A DNA stretch of 64,000 nt from Fibrobacteria bacterium (GCA_037447435.1 JBBIGR010000011.1:32001-96000), one strand, 5' to 3'; shown: positions 49,968 to 60,818, numbered from the stretch's first letter. The notes: generated from the sequence alone by a model not told the origin. Program-made: numbers and translations.

Positions 49968-51008
49968 ATGAAAACCGATGATTTTGATTATTTTCTTCCA
50001 GCCGAATTAATTGCACAATATCCAATTGCAAACAGGGCAGACTGCAGGCTATTGAATCTCGATAAGACGAATGGCAATATAACCGATTGTTTATTCAGCG
50101 AATTAGAACGATTACTTAAACCAGGGGATTGCTTGGTTTTCAATGATACGAAGGTAATGCCCTATAGACTATTCTGTAAAAAGGAATCCGGAGGAGTAGT
50201 TGAACTTTTGCTCACCGAAGAAATGGAAGACGGCTCATTTAAAGCCTTGGTAAAGTCTTCAAAAAAAATAAACATAGGGAGCCGGCTTGAACTTACCGCT
50301 GATTCCACATTAAAGTTTGAGATTACCGGAATTTTAAGCGATGGTGCACGGCAAGTTATATTGTGTAAAAACCCCTTATTTATTTCACTTATCGAAGTCG
50401 CAAGAAAATATGGCTCAGTAGCATTACCTCATTATATTAAACGGCCGGTTCTTGATTCGGACAACGAAACGTATCAAACAATCTATGCTAAGAACGAAGG
50501 AGCAATTGCCGCGCCGACCGCTGGATTACATTTCACTGAAGAAGTGTTCAATCGCCTTTCAAATGCGGGAGTAAGATTTGCGTTTATTACTTTGCATGTC
50601 GGTATTGGAACCTTTCGACCTGTCAAAGTTGCTGATCCGCGAATGCATCATATGCATGAAGAACGGTTCATAATTAACAATGAAGCTGCAAAGGTGATTA
50701 ACGATGCAATCTTCAATAAAGGAAGAATTATCGCCGTTGGGACTACGGTTATCCGTACTTTGGAACACTGTGTCCAAGAATACGGCAAAATCATTGCCGC
50801 AACCGGAAAAACCGATATGATGATTTTACCCGGGCACAAATTCGGTATTGTAAACGGAATAATAACGAATTTTCACGTTCCGCGCTCAACTTTACTTATG
50901 CTTATATCGGCATTCGCAGGGCGAGAAAATGTTTTAAAAGCGTATTCGCATGCGGTTGAAAAAAAATACCGGTTTTTCAGTTACGGAGATGCAATGGCTA
51001 TTTTATAA
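49968..51008 (+). CDS. queA: S-adenosylmethionine:tRNA ribosyltransferase-isomerase
   Basis: DFDY.LP.ELIAQ.P, AAPTAGLHF, LHVG.GTF, TNFH.P.STL, YRFFSYGDAM. Confidence 0.97.
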   Translation: MKTDDFDYFLPAELIAQYPIANRADCRLLNLDKTNGNITDCLFSELERLLKPGDCLVFNDTKVMPYRLFCKKESGGVVELLLTEEMEDGSFKALVKSSKKINIGSRLELTADSTLKFEITGILSDGARQVILCKNPLFISLIEVARKYGSVALPHYIKRPVLDSDNETYQTIYAKNEGAIAAPTAGLHFTEEVFNRLSNAGVRFAFITLHVGIGTFRPVKVADPRMHHMHEERFIINNEAAKVINDAIFNKGRIIAVGTTVIRTLEHCVQEYGKIIAATGKTDMMILPGHKFGIVNGIITNFHVPRSTLLMLISAFAGRENVLKAYSHAVEKKYRFFSYGDAMAIL

Positions 51009-51028
51009 TAAAAAAAGTGTTCTTGGTG

Positions 51029-51057
51029 TTGACAAGGATTTTGCCGCTACTTATCTT
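51029..51057 (+). promoter_or_regulatory. Sigma70-type promoter upstream of the 51142 gene
   Basis: TTGACA-N17-TATCTT, same -10 as the tRNA promoter. Confidence 0.65.
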
Positions 51058-51076
51058 ATTATAAATTCATGTAGAA

Positions 51077-51116
51077 AAGCCCGTATGTTTTTTCAATCAT
51101 ACGGGCTTCATTTTTT
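51077..51116 (+). terminator. 11-bp hairpin with T tract (queA terminator or leader attenuator)
   Basis: AAGCCCGTATG-loop-CATACGGGCTT-CATTTTTT. Confidence 0.6.
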
Positions 51117-51141
51117 AGTCCACTGAAACAAGGAAAAAATC

Positions 51142-51789
51142 ATGAGCACGGGAATTATGAAAAAGTCCCCAGACAGCATAACATGGCAGGATTATCGCGC
51201 AACAACAATCGGCATGGTTGTTGTTTATTCTTCCGACCCTGTTTCTGAAATGGCCATACGCGAAATCCCGGAGGAATTAGAATCGTCCGTAACTCCGGAA
51301 CCCAATTATGAAACAGGAACCTATGGGTTTTACGGTTGCGAGAAAACCAAAATCAGGGCGGCATTTGCAAAAAGCAAAGTCCGCTATCTGTTTTTCCTCA
51401 CAAAATATGCCGGAACGAAAGAAGAATTTAAAGATAAAGTCTTATTAACCGGATATTACCGTATTGCAAAGACCGCCGATGTGCAAAAGCTTCATTTAAG
51501 ATATCTTGATGATTGCTCCTGTATTGATGCAACATCGTGCATTGCTTTTAAAGCCGATGAAGTTTGTTTCGTTTCTTTGGCAGATGCCTTTGTCGTTGAT
51601 GAAGCCCAATTAAAAGCTTGGGGATATAATGCAAAAGTTTCAAAACAACTTCGCATTATTTTGACTCCCGAACAAACAGCGCAGATATTAGACCATTTGA
51701 AATCAAAGAAAAATGAAGTTGAAGCCTATATTGCTGAAACGAAACGTCTTTCTCCGGATGAAGATGAAAATGAAGAAGAAGCTGAATAA
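51142..51789 (+). CDS. Hypothetical protein, possibly nucleotide-modification-associated (Nmad-like)
   Basis: AAGGA RBS; EPNYETGTYG..GC..IR...YLFF.T...LTGYY; acidic tail. Confidence 0.55.
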   Translation: MSTGIMKKSPDSITWQDYRATTIGMVVVYSSDPVSEMAIREIPEELESSVTPEPNYETGTYGFYGCEKTKIRAAFAKSKVRYLFFLTKYAGTKEEFKDKVLLTGYYRIAKTADVQKLHLRYLDDCSCIDATSCIAFKADEVCFVSLADAFVVDEAQLKAWGYNAKVSKQLRIILTPEQTAQILDHLKSKKNEVEAYIAETKRLSPDEDENEEEAE

Positions 51790-51829
51790 ATCGATATAAA
51801 GCTTGCATTTAAATTAAATTTGCTATTTC

Positions 51830-51858
51830 AAAACGGGCACCATGCCCGTTTTTATTTT
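51830..51858 (+). terminator. Intrinsic terminator
   Basis: AAAACGGGCA-CCA-TGCCCGTTTT-T-rich. Confidence 0.75.
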
Positions 51859-51922
51859 AATCAAAGCTAAAACTAGTAGTTGCAAGCATCGGATTACTTT
51901 GAATACCTTGGATTTGTGCAAT

Positions 51923-52990
51923 ATGGATTTAATAAAGCGACTCATAACCAATAGAATCAATAAAGCTATCCACGATCAGATTTTTCCCGGATGTGTTCTG
52001 GGATATATTATTCCCGATCGGGATCCGGTGTATATTTCTTTTGGCCGTCATACCTATGATTGTGATTCAAATAAAATTCATAATGATTCGGTGTTTGATG
52101 TTGCCTCAATTACTAAAACTATTCCGACATCCTCTTTAGCGATTATGTTGATTGAGAGGGGATTGCTCAATCTTGAAAAAAAAGTTGTGGATATTATACC
52201 GGAATTAAAAAATCCGCAAAAAGAAAAATTGCTTATTAAACATTTGCTCACGCAAACGCTGGATTTCAATTTCAGACTTTCTGCATTCAAAGAGAGTGGG
52301 GCGGATGGAATTTTAAATGCAATTTTTGCAGCGGATTTTTCCAAAGATCCCGGTACATCTTATTTTTATTCAAATGCGACAAGTATTTTGCTCGGCATTG
52401 TAATAGAAAGAATTTCAAATAAAAAATTAAATGATTTTGCTCAAAAAGAATTGTTTGGACCATTAAAAATGGATAAAACCTCTTTTTTTCCCGAATCATT
52501 GAATAAATACGACATTGTTCCAACAGAATTTGACCCTTGGCGAAACAGACTGATTCAGGGAGAAATTCATGATGAAAGTGCCTGGGTTTTGAGAAAAAAA
52601 ATGATTGCCGGATCAGCCGGGCTTTTTTCTACAGCACCGGACATTATGAAATTTTTACAGATGATTCTAAATGATGGCTTTTTTATGGGCAAAAGATATT
52701 TTTCAAAAAATACAATTCAACAAATGCATACGAATCAAATTGAGCATTTAGGGTTATCGGCCGGACTTGGATGGGAATTGAATCAAAATAAATATATGGG
52801 AAAAATGGGAACCGTTCATACCATAGGAAAAACGGGTTTTACCGGCTGCGTGTGCGTTTGTGATATCGTTTTGCAAAAAGCATTTGTGCTATTGTCGAAT
52901 TTTACCTATCCGTCTCGAAAAGATGTATCATTAATCAATTGCGTTCGCTCCGACATTGCAGATATAATTTTGGGAACTGAAACTGAATAA
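51923..52990 (+). CDS. Serine hydrolase, beta-lactamase class C/AmpC-like fold
   Basis: FDVASITK (SxxK), YSN, GEIHDE, AGSAGLFST, GKTGFTG. Confidence 0.88.
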   Translation: MDLIKRLITNRINKAIHDQIFPGCVLGYIIPDRDPVYISFGRHTYDCDSNKIHNDSVFDVASITKTIPTSSLAIMLIERGLLNLEKKVVDIIPELKNPQKEKLLIKHLLTQTLDFNFRLSAFKESGADGILNAIFAADFSKDPGTSYFYSNATSILLGIVIERISNKKLNDFAQKELFGPLKMDKTSFFPESLNKYDIVPTEFDPWRNRLIQGEIHDESAWVLRKKMIAGSAGLFSTAPDIMKFLQMILNDGFFMGKRYFSKNTIQQMHTNQIEHLGLSAGLGWELNQNKYMGKMGTVHTIGKTGFTGCVCVCDIVLQKAFVLLSNFTYPSRKDVSLINCVRSDIADIILGTETE

Positions 52991-53033
52991 TCCTTATAAA
53001 AATATTATCCGGATTTAAAGGAGAATTAATCTC

Positions 53034-54413
53034 ATGGCAGGGTTTAAAAAAAATATTCTTTGTATCGGTGCTGGATATGTCGGCGGGCCGACAATGGCTG
53101 TTATAGCAGCCAAATGCCCGGATTACAAAGTTACTGTTGTCGATATTAACGCTGAACGTATCGAGGCATGGAAAAGTGACAACCTGCCGATTTATGAACC
53201 CGGGCTTCTTGATGTTGTTAAAACCGCAAGGGAAAGAAATTTGTTTTTTTCCACAGATGTCGATTCGGAAATAAAATCTGCGGATATAATATTCGTATCG
53301 GTAAATACCCCGACCAAAACGTTTGGCGAAGGCTATGGCAAGGCCGCGGATTTGCAATATTGGGAAAAAACAGCGAGAAACATTGTAAAAAACTCAACAT
53401 CAAATAAATTAATTGTTGAAAAAAGTACTTTGCCCGTTAGAACCGCGGACGCGATGGAACGCATTTTAAATGCAAATGATAAAGGAATTCATTTCGAAGT
53501 CGCATCTAATCCCGAGTTTCTAGCAGAAGGGACCGCTGTTTGTGACCTGCTAAATCCTGATAGAGTTCTCATCGGAACTCATGAAACGGAAACAGGACTT
53601 TTAGCAAGAAAAGAACTCGTTGAATTATATGCCCATTGGGTTGATCGTTCAAAAATCCTTACAAGCAATGTTTGGAGTGCGGAATTATCAAAATTAACTG
53701 CGAATGCATTTTTAGCTCAGAGAATATCTTCTATCAACAGTATTGCGGCCTTATGCGAAAAAACCGAAGCAAATGTTTCCGAAGTGGCTTTTGCCATAGG
53801 AAAAGACACGAGGATCGGATCGAGGTTTTTAAGCGCCAGTGTCGGATTCGGCGGCTCTTGTTTTAAAAAAGATATTCTCAATTTAGTTTATCTGTGCGAG
53901 CATTATGGCCTCACCGAAGTAGCCCTTTATTGGGAAAATGTTGTGAAAATTAACGATTATCAAATGAAACGATTTGTCCGGACAATGTTGCATTCAATGT
54001 TCAACACCATTGCGAAAAAAAGAATCGCTTTATTCGGATTTGCGTTTAAAGCCGATACCGGAGATACACGAGAATCGCCGGCAATTTATGTCGCAAAACA
54101 GCTATTGGATGAACAAGCGCATTTGGTAATCACCGATCCAAAGGCAATTGAAAATGCCAAACATGATTTGCATGGAGTAAAAGGAACCATCGAATATGAT
54201 TTAAATCCGTATGCTGCTGCAAAAGGCGCTCATGCCATAGCTGTTCTTACCGAATGGAAAGAATTTACCGAGCTTGATTTTGAAAAAATCTATGCAAGTA
54301 TGGAAAAACCCGCATTTATTTTTGATGGAAGGAATATACTGGATCATCAAAGGTTGTTCGATATAGGATTTAACGTTTTCCCTATTGGTAAAAAAGCATT
54401 AACGCATTTTTAA
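53034..54413 (+). CDS. ugd: UDP-glucose 6-dehydrogenase
   Basis: [41 protein letters not shown]. Confidence 0.95.
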   Translation: MAGFKKNILCIGAGYVGGPTMAVIAAKCPDYKVTVVDINAERIEAWKSDNLPIYEPGLLDVVKTARERNLFFSTDVDSEIKSADIIFVSVNTPTKTFGEGYGKAADLQYWEKTARNIVKNSTSNKLIVEKSTLPVRTADAMERILNANDKGIHFEVASNPEFLAEGTAVCDLLNPDRVLIGTHETETGLLARKELVELYAHWVDRSKILTSNVWSAELSKLTANAFLAQRISSINSIAALCEKTEANVSEVAFAIGKDTRIGSRFLSASVGFGGSCFKKDILNLVYLCEHYGLTEVALYWENVVKINDYQMKRFVRTMLHSMFNTIAKKRIALFGFAFKADTGDTRESPAIYVAKQLLDEQAHLVITDPKAIENAKHDLHGVKGTIEYDLNPYAAAKGAHAIAVLTEWKEFTELDFEKIYASMEKPAFIFDGRNILDHQRLFDIGFNVFPIGKKALTHF

Positions 54414-54427
54414 TTTTAAAATGAATA

Positions 54428-54469
54428 AAAAAAGAAAAAGGGCAACGATTCTTGCCCTTTTTCTTTTTT
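54428..54469. terminator. Bidirectional terminator between ugd and trpB2
   Basis: 18-bp inverted repeat AAAAAAGAAAAAGGGCAA / TTGCCCTTTTTCTTTTTT. Confidence 0.85.
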
Positions 54470-54483
54470 CTAGTGGCTGCAAA

Positions 54484-55884
54484 TTACCATTTGCCTGTTT
54501 TATTCGCAGGTGCTTTGGGGAATACTTTTAATTCCGCCTCAGCTTTATCGATTTGCGATTGAGGCAAATCGTAATCGGACAATTGTCCGTCAAAATATTT
54601 TTGATATCCTGCTAAATCAAGCAATCCGTGACCTGAAAGAGATACTAAAAGGATTTTTTCTTTTCCTTCTTCTTTGGCCTTTTTTGCCTCCTGAATAGTG
54701 GCGGCGATAGCGTGGGATGTCTCGGGTGCAACAACATACCCTTCGGTCTGGGCCCAAAGAACTGCAGCCTTGAAACATTCTGTTTGCGGAATTGCGCGGG
54801 GCTTTAGCAACCCTTCAACGCAAGCCTGACTGACAAGCGGCGACATGCCGTGATATCGTAATCCACCGGCATGTATTGCTTCAGGTATGAAATTATGGCC
54901 AAGCGTATACATTGCCGCAAGCGGCGTCATTCCTGCAGTATCACCGGAATCATATGAAAATATACCCTTTGTCATAGAGGGGCAAGAAGTGGGTTCAACG
55001 GGAATAATTTCTATTTGCGAACCGTTTATTTTATCTGCAACAAATGGAAACGCCAAGCCGCCGAAATTGCTTCCGCCGCCGGCACACCCGATGACAACAT
55101 CCGGTTTTTTTATCCCGACTTTTGCCAACTGTTTTTTTGCTTCAAGCCCCATAATTGTTTGATGAAGCAAAACAAAATTCAAACAACTTCCGATTGAATA
55201 CCTGGTTTTTCCCGTTGGATCTGAAACCGCTGCTTCAATCGCTTCGCTGATAGCCATTCCTAGACTACCGGGAGTATTGGGATCTTTGGCTAAAAATGAT
55301 CGACCGGCCTGGGTCTCATTGCTCGGAGAAGCAATACATTTGCCACCCCAGGTATGCATTAAACTTTTTCTGAAAGGCTTTTGGTCGAAACTGATTCGTA
55401 CCATAAATACCTTACATTCAAGGCCGACCAGTTTGCAGGCGAAACTGAGAGCAGATCCCCATTGTCCGGCACCGGTTTCAGTTGTCAGGCGTTCCAGTCC
55501 GAATTGTTTTGAATACCATGCTTGCGGAATCGCGGTGTTTGGTTTATGGCTTCCTGCAGGTGAAACGCTTTCATCTTTATAAAATATTTTTGCCGGTGTG
55601 CCAAGGGCTTTTTCCAAAAACACTGCACGGCGTAGCGGAGTGGGCCTCCAACGATACAACATATCAATGACTTCATCCGGAATATCTATCCAGCGTTTTG
55701 TACTATATTCCTGTTCAACAAGATTCATCGGAAAAACGGGTGCCCAACCTTCGGGAGGAACAGGCTTGCCGTCAGGCCCTAAATAGGGAAGCATCGGTGT
55801 CGGCAAATCGGCGGCAAGATTGTACCATTGCCTCGGAATATCACATTCGTCAAGATTGATTTTAACCGGTAACTCAAAACCCAT
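54484..55884 (-). CDS. trpB2: TrpB2 (TrpB-like PLP enzyme)
   Basis: IPRQWYNL.ADLP, SPAGSHKPNTA, ETGAGQWG, GCAGGGSNF, HAGGLRYHG. Confidence 0.93.
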   Translation of the reverse strand: MGFELPVKINLDECDIPRQWYNLAADLPTPMLPYLGPDGKPVPPEGWAPVFPMNLVEQEYSTKRWIDIPDEVIDMLYRWRPTPLRRAVFLEKALGTPAKIFYKDESVSPAGSHKPNTAIPQAWYSKQFGLERLTTETGAGQWGSALSFACKLVGLECKVFMVRISFDQKPFRKSLMHTWGGKCIASPSNETQAGRSFLAKDPNTPGSLGMAISEAIEAAVSDPTGKTRYSIGSCLNFVLLHQTIMGLEAKKQLAKVGIKKPDVVIGCAGGGSNFGGLAFPFVADKINGSQIEIIPVEPTSCPSMTKGIFSYDSGDTAGMTPLAAMYTLGHNFIPEAIHAGGLRYHGMSPLVSQACVEGLLKPRAIPQTECFKAAVLWAQTEGYVVAPETSHAIAATIQEAKKAKEEGKEKILLVSLSGHGLLDLAGYQKYFDGQLSDYDLPQSQIDKAEAELKVFPKAPANKTGKW

Positions 55885-56115
55885 ACCCACTCCTTGAAAA
55901 GTTTATTTGAAAATCAAATGAGTTGCCATACGGAAAAAACGTATATGGATCTTCAAGCTCTTTAAATTAATACCAGCCCAATTTCGGCTACAATAATTCG
56001 ATGAAATAAATTATCCTTTTAATACTGTTTTAATAACATATCGAGGTAAAAAACGCGTATTTTGATTTTATGCATAAGGGTTTGAATTTGGAATTCAGCA
56101 TAAGGAACAAAATTA

Positions 56116-58392
56116 ATGAAATTTGTCAGTATAATTTTAATCTTTGCCGCCCTGGTTTTTTCAAAAGAAGCTTTAAAACCCGTTCGAGTCGTCGCATCCG
56201 GTGAATCGCATGCGATGCTTTCCGCATGCGATTGTCCCGTAGAACCGGGAGGCGGATTTTCCAAACGATCGTTTCTTCTCGGCCGGGTTCGGGATACGTT
56301 TGATTTGCTGCTCGTCGATGCGGGCGGTTTTGCCGGCGGCGGCATATACGATCCGTATACTGAAGGAAGAAAAATCGATTCTTTAAGGACCATGGCAGCC
56401 ATTGTGGCAATGGGAAAAATGAAATATGATATAGCCTGCATCGGCGATGATGATTTGCAATACGGATTAGCGTGGCTGCTTTCACAGGCGAAAACGAATT
56501 CGCTAAATCTTGTTTCCGCCAATTGCTATACGTTTGATAATAAACGGGCGACCCAACCTTACTCCATTGTGAAAAAAGGTACCTATTCGATTGGAATAAC
56601 CGGTGTGACAACGCAGGAATCCTTGCTGGCGCAATCCGATTCATTTGTGATTAAAGAGCCGATTAGTTCGCTTAAATCAATTTGGAATGATCTTAAAAAA
56701 CAGTCCGATTTTCAAATAATTTTGGCCCATGTCGGAGAAGCGTTAAGCAAACAAATACTGGACTCTTTTCCCGAATGCAAATTAATCGTCAATGGTCATC
56801 GAAAAAATACGACGCAGGAATATAATACGAAAAATGGCCAGGTCATGCTGCAATTCGGTTTTCAGGGAAAGTCATTGTCGTTTGCGGATATCGTTGCCGA
56901 CGGTAAAGTTCCTGCTGTCGGAAAAACAGGCTGGTATGCAATAACCCCGAATATCCCCGATGACCCGCAAATAGCAAAACTTACTCAAATTAATAAAGAC
57001 AATAAAACCGCAGACGGGAAACAGGTTTTGGATCTTTATATAATGTCCCAATGTCCGTATGGGTTGCCGGCATTAAAAGAAATGATGGGGCTTATTGATG
57101 CCTATCCATCGCTTCAGTGGAGCGTTTGGTTTATTGGATCCGTCGATTCTGCCGGGAATTTTTCCTCGCTCCATGGGCCTAAAGAAGTGAATGATGAACT
57201 TTTATGGCTGTCGGTTCAATCCTTATACCCGGATAAATGGCTTTCGTTTCTTAAAAAACGGTCCGCTACTTTGCAGATATCAACGGAATCGATACTCCGG
57301 GAAATGGGTTTGGATTTGACTAAAATCAATGATTGGAAAGCCAAAAAAGGAAATGCGGAATTACGAAAACATTACGAACGATCGATTCGTATGGCGATTT
57401 ATTCTTCACCGACGTTACTGATCAATAATACGCCGTACCAGCTGGAAATTAAAAAATTCAGATTATCTAAAACGATTTGCGAAACCATGTCGGGGCAAAA
57501 CGCCTTTTGCGATTCATTGCCCGAATGTGAAACAAATGAGGACTGTAAAATGCCGGGGAAAACCGGATACTGCAAAAGCGTCAAAGGCAAAAAAGCTTCT
57601 TGCGAATTTCACGAGGCCCCTCGGTTTGCCGTGAAAGTATTAATTCCCGATACTTCGCGTTTCCACCCCGAGATTCCGATAATGTCAAGTATTGCCGACG
57701 AATTTCCCGGCGCACTATTCGATACGGTTCGAATCGGATCGACGGCTGGCAAATCTATGGAGAAGAAATTCGGCCCTCGTTTTTTGCCTTTTTTTGTATT
57801 TGACAAAAAAATCGAAAATACCGTGGGCTTTTCCGCTTTTTCATCGCAAATCTCATTGCTTAAATCCGGCTATATTTTTAAAGACGGTATGGTGAAGCCG
57901 TCGTATTTTTACAACAGGCAAAAAAAGCCCAATTCGTTGACGATTTTCACGGACCCATTATTTAAAGGTTCTCGCGATGCTCTGCGAATGGTCTTGGATA
58001 AAAAAGAAATCCGATCTAAAATCAATATTCAACCCATTATTTTTGAGAAACCGGACACATCGATTTCTGCCGAAGAATCGATAAGGCATGAAGAAGCATT
58101 GAGATGGCTGATGATCCAAAAAGAATTTCCGGAGAAATATTTGGAGTATCTGGTTCTGTATTGCAATAGAAAAAACATGAGCTATTGGTTCACCGATTGC
58201 CAAAAAATCGGTATTCCAGTTGACTTGTTAGTACAAAAAATTCAGCAAAATCCGAAGGAACTATTATCCTATTGGGAAGAGACAAAAAACTTTGGAATGC
58301 TTGAGCCGGTGGAAATACTTTGGGAGAACAGGGAAGTGATTGCGGTAAAAAATCCAAAGGAATTCATGGATGATTTAAAAATGATACGCTGA
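56116..58392 (+). CDS. Secreted multidomain protein: UshA-like metallophosphatase fold plus thioredoxin/DsbA-like domains
   Basis: Signal peptide; SACDC....GGFSKR, LLVDAGG; LYIMSQCPYG..SSLHG..EV; SPTLLIN; Cys-rich linker. Confidence 0.65.
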   Translation: MKFVSIILIFAALVFSKEALKPVRVVASGESHAMLSACDCPVEPGGGFSKRSFLLGRVRDTFDLLLVDAGGFAGGGIYDPYTEGRKIDSLRTMAAIVAMGKMKYDIACIGDDDLQYGLAWLLSQAKTNSLNLVSANCYTFDNKRATQPYSIVKKGTYSIGITGVTTQESLLAQSDSFVIKEPISSLKSIWNDLKKQSDFQIILAHVGEALSKQILDSFPECKLIVNGHRKNTTQEYNTKNGQVMLQFGFQGKSLSFADIVADGKVPAVGKTGWYAITPNIPDDPQIAKLTQINKDNKTADGKQVLDLYIMSQCPYGLPALKEMMGLIDAYPSLQWSVWFIGSVDSAGNFSSLHGPKEVNDELLWLSVQSLYPDKWLSFLKKRSATLQISTESILREMGLDLTKINDWKAKKGNAELRKHYERSIRMAIYSSPTLLINNTPYQLEIKKFRLSKTICETMSGQNAFCDSLPECETNEDCKMPGKTGYCKSVKGKKASCEFHEAPRFAVKVLIPDTSRFHPEIPIMSSIADEFPGALFDTVRIGSTAGKSMEKKFGPRFLPFFVFDKKIENTVGFSAFSSQISLLKSGYIFKDGMVKPSYFYNRQKKPNSLTIFTDPLFKGSRDALRMVLDKKEIRSKINIQPIIFEKPDTSISAEESIRHEEALRWLMIQKEFPEKYLEYLVLYCNRKNMSYWFTDCQKIGIPVDLLVQKIQQNPKELLSYWEETKNFGMLEPVEILWENREVIAVKNPKEFMDDLKMIR

Positions 58393-58414
58393 AAAGAGAA
58401 AAACAATGCGCCAT

Positions 58415-58445
58415 AAAGGGCTCAGTTTTTATCTCCGAGCCCTTT
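58415..58445. terminator. Hairpin between convergent genes
   Basis: AAAGGGCTC ... GAGCCCTTT. Confidence 0.6.
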
Positions 58446-58455
58446 CATACATATT

Positions 58456-59700
58456 TTACGGCTGCAAATCCAAAGTCGGTGCGCATTGTTTGAATTGTTT
58501 CTCGGTAGGAAGTCCCATTCTGTCTAACAAATCAAGGAAGGGGTCCGGATCGAGTTCTTCGACATTCACCATCGTTTTAACGTCCCACACGCCTTTTGCA
58601 ATGAGGATCGCCGCCGCTGCCGGCGGGACTCCGGCCGTATAACTGATTGCCTGGGCCTCAACTTCCCGGTAACAATCCGCGTGGTCGCAAATGTTATATA
58701 TAAACATTTCGCAATCTTCGCCGTTATTTTTCCCTTTTATCCAATTGCCGATACAGGTTTTTCCCGTATAATTCGGAGCAAGCGACGAAGGATCGGGCAA
58801 CAAAGCTTTTAAAACCTTCAAGGGGACGACTTCAATGCCTTCCGCCGTTCTGATAGGTTCGTTAGAGGTGAGGCCGAGCTTGGTCAGTACGGTAAATACA
58901 TTGATATAATGGTTGCCGAAGCCCATCCAAAACCTGATACTGTTTGCATCAATATTTTTTGAAAGCGAATGCAATTCATCGTGACCGGTGAGGTAAACCG
59001 TTTGTTTCCCGACTACCGGAAAATCGTATTGTTGCTTAACGGAATGAATTTTATTCTCGACCCAGCTTCTTTCTATCCACGACCAAACCTTTTTAAACTC
59101 CCGGAAATTTATTTCGGGATCAAAATTTGTGGCAAAATATTTTCCATGGCTGCCGGCATTGACATCCATGATATCAATGGTGTCAATCATGTCGAAATGA
59201 TATTTCGCGGCATACGCGCACCATGAGTTGACTACTCCGGGGTCGAATCCCACGCCGAGAATCGCTGTAATTCCTTTTTCCCTACAACGATCTTTTCTTT
59301 TCCATTCATAATTGCCGTACCAAGGCGGGTCTTCGCATACTTTATCGGGTTCTTCATGAATCGCAGTGTCCATATAAGCGACCCCGGCTTGAATGCAAGC
59401 CTCCAAAATAGACATATTCAAAAACGATTGCCCGAGGTTTATGACAATATCGGATTTTGTCTTTTTTATCAAATCGATAACCGCAGGAACATCCAACGCA
59501 TTGATCTGACGCGAATATATTCGTTTGTTTTGGACTTTTTTGCTTTTTTTACGCTTGATACTTTCGATGATTGCATCGCATTTTTTGATGGTTCTTGACG
59601 CAATGCAAATGTCGCCTAAAATATCATTGTTTTGAGCGCATTTGTGGGCTGCAACATGAGCCACACCTCCGGCACCAATAATAAGGACATTTTTTTTCAT
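58456..59700 (-). CDS. Carboxy(nor)spermidine dehydrogenase (saccharopine dehydrogenase family)
   Basis: IIGAGGVAHV.AHKCAQ, GFDPG, FATNFDPEINFRE, QAISYTAGVP; adjacent to nspC. Confidence 0.92.
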   Translation of the reverse strand: MKKNVLIIGAGGVAHVAAHKCAQNNDILGDICIASRTIKKCDAIIESIKRKKSKKVQNKRIYSRQINALDVPAVIDLIKKTKSDIVINLGQSFLNMSILEACIQAGVAYMDTAIHEEPDKVCEDPPWYGNYEWKRKDRCREKGITAILGVGFDPGVVNSWCAYAAKYHFDMIDTIDIMDVNAGSHGKYFATNFDPEINFREFKKVWSWIERSWVENKIHSVKQQYDFPVVGKQTVYLTGHDELHSLSKNIDANSIRFWMGFGNHYINVFTVLTKLGLTSNEPIRTAEGIEVVPLKVLKALLPDPSSLAPNYTGKTCIGNWIKGKNNGEDCEMFIYNICDHADCYREVEAQAISYTAGVPPAAAAILIAKGVWDVKTMVNVEELDPDPFLDLLDRMGLPTEKQFKQCAPTLDLQP

Positions 59701-59714
59701 AACACCGCCTTATC

Positions 59715-60818
59715 CTATGAGAGGCTGTTTTTAAAATCAGCGTATCCGAATTTCTTTATGACTTCCACTTTTCCGTTCAATCGTTTTACCGCAATTGACG
59801 GCATTGAAACACCGTTGAACCAATTTTTTTTAACCATCGTGTATCCGCCTGCGTCGGAAAACCGTATCGTTGATCCGATTTTAAGACGATTCGGAAAAGA
59901 ATAGTTCCCAAAAATATCGCCGGCCAGACAGGATCTTCCGGCCACAAAATACTCGTATTTGCCTTTTGAGTCCGCGTCGATTTTTGCATTCAAACGATAT
60001 ATCAATAAATCAAGCATATGCGCTTCGGTAGAAGCGTCGACAATGGCAATGTCTTTTTCATTATGCACAATGTCGAGGACCGTAGTCACCAATTCTGTCG
60101 ATTGGGTGATTGCAGACTCGCCGGGTTCAAGAAAAATCTGCAAATTGAACGTATTGCCGAAATCTTTTAATAATCGGCAAAAATCGTCGACCGGGAAACC
60201 ATCCTTGGTAAAGAATATCCCGCCCCCCAAGCTTATCCAATCGAGATTCTTTAAAATATGGCCGTATTTTTTAGAAATTATTGAAAGATTTTTCCTAAGG
60301 TTTCCGATTTCGTCGTTTTCGCAATTAAAATGGAACATGCAGCCATTGATTAAAGGCAATACTGATTCCAGGTCATTTAAATTTGTGACGCCAAGTCTGC
60401 TGAACCTGCGGGCAGGATCAGCCAGATCAAAATGCGAATAGCTGACATTGGGATTGATTCGAAGTCCGGTATTTTTATTTTTTAATAACGAGCGGTACCG
60501 TTTGAGTTGGGAAATCGAATTAAAAATAATCGTATCGGAATATTTTACCACTTCTTTTATTTCGGCATCCGAATATGCAACACAATAGGCATGCGTCTCT
60601 TTGCCGAATTTTTCATGACCCAGCCGTACTTCAAATAATGAACTTGATGTCGTACCGTCCATATACTTCCGCATTACATCGAAAACCGACCAGGTTGAAA
60701 AGCATTTGAGGGCCAATAATGATTTTGCGCCGGAATTATCGCGAACCTTTTTAATGATTTTAAGATTTTTTGCAAGCTTTTTTTCATCAAGAAGATAATA
60801 AGGAGTAGGTATTGTCAT
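59715..60818 (-). CDS. nspC: Carboxy(nor)spermidine decarboxylase
   Basis: TPYYLLDE, LLALKCFS, DLADPA...SRLG, CLAGD, YTMVKKNWFNG. Confidence 0.93.
   Translation of the reverse strand: MTIPTPYYLLDEKKLAKNLKIIKKVRDNSGAKSLLALKCFSTWSVFDVMRKYMDGTTSSSLFEVRLGHEKFGKETHAYCVAYSDAEIKEVVKYSDTIIFNSISQLKRYRSLLKNKNTGLRINPNVSYSHFDLADPARRFSRLGVTNLNDLESVLPLINGCMFHFNCENDEIGNLRKNLSIISKKYGHILKNLDWISLGGGIFFTKDGFPVDDFCRLLKDFGNTFNLQIFLEPGESAITQSTELVTTVLDIVHNEKDIAIVDASTEAHMLDLLIYRLNAKIDADSKGKYEYFVAGRSCLAGDIFGNYSFPNRLKIGSTIRFSDAGGYTMVKKNWFNGVSMPSIAVKRLNGKVEVIKKFGYADFKNSLS

Noticed and set aside
51923..52990. Beta-lactam resistance gene
   Set aside because: No signal peptide; generic esterase/serine hydrolase fold is more likely
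55891..56115. Trp attenuator upstream of trpB2
   Set aside because: No Trp-codon leader peptide or T-box seen
56116..56300. Selenocysteine recoding in the UshA-like gene
   Set aside because: The motif is encoded TGC-GAT-TGT (CDC); there is no in-frame TGA
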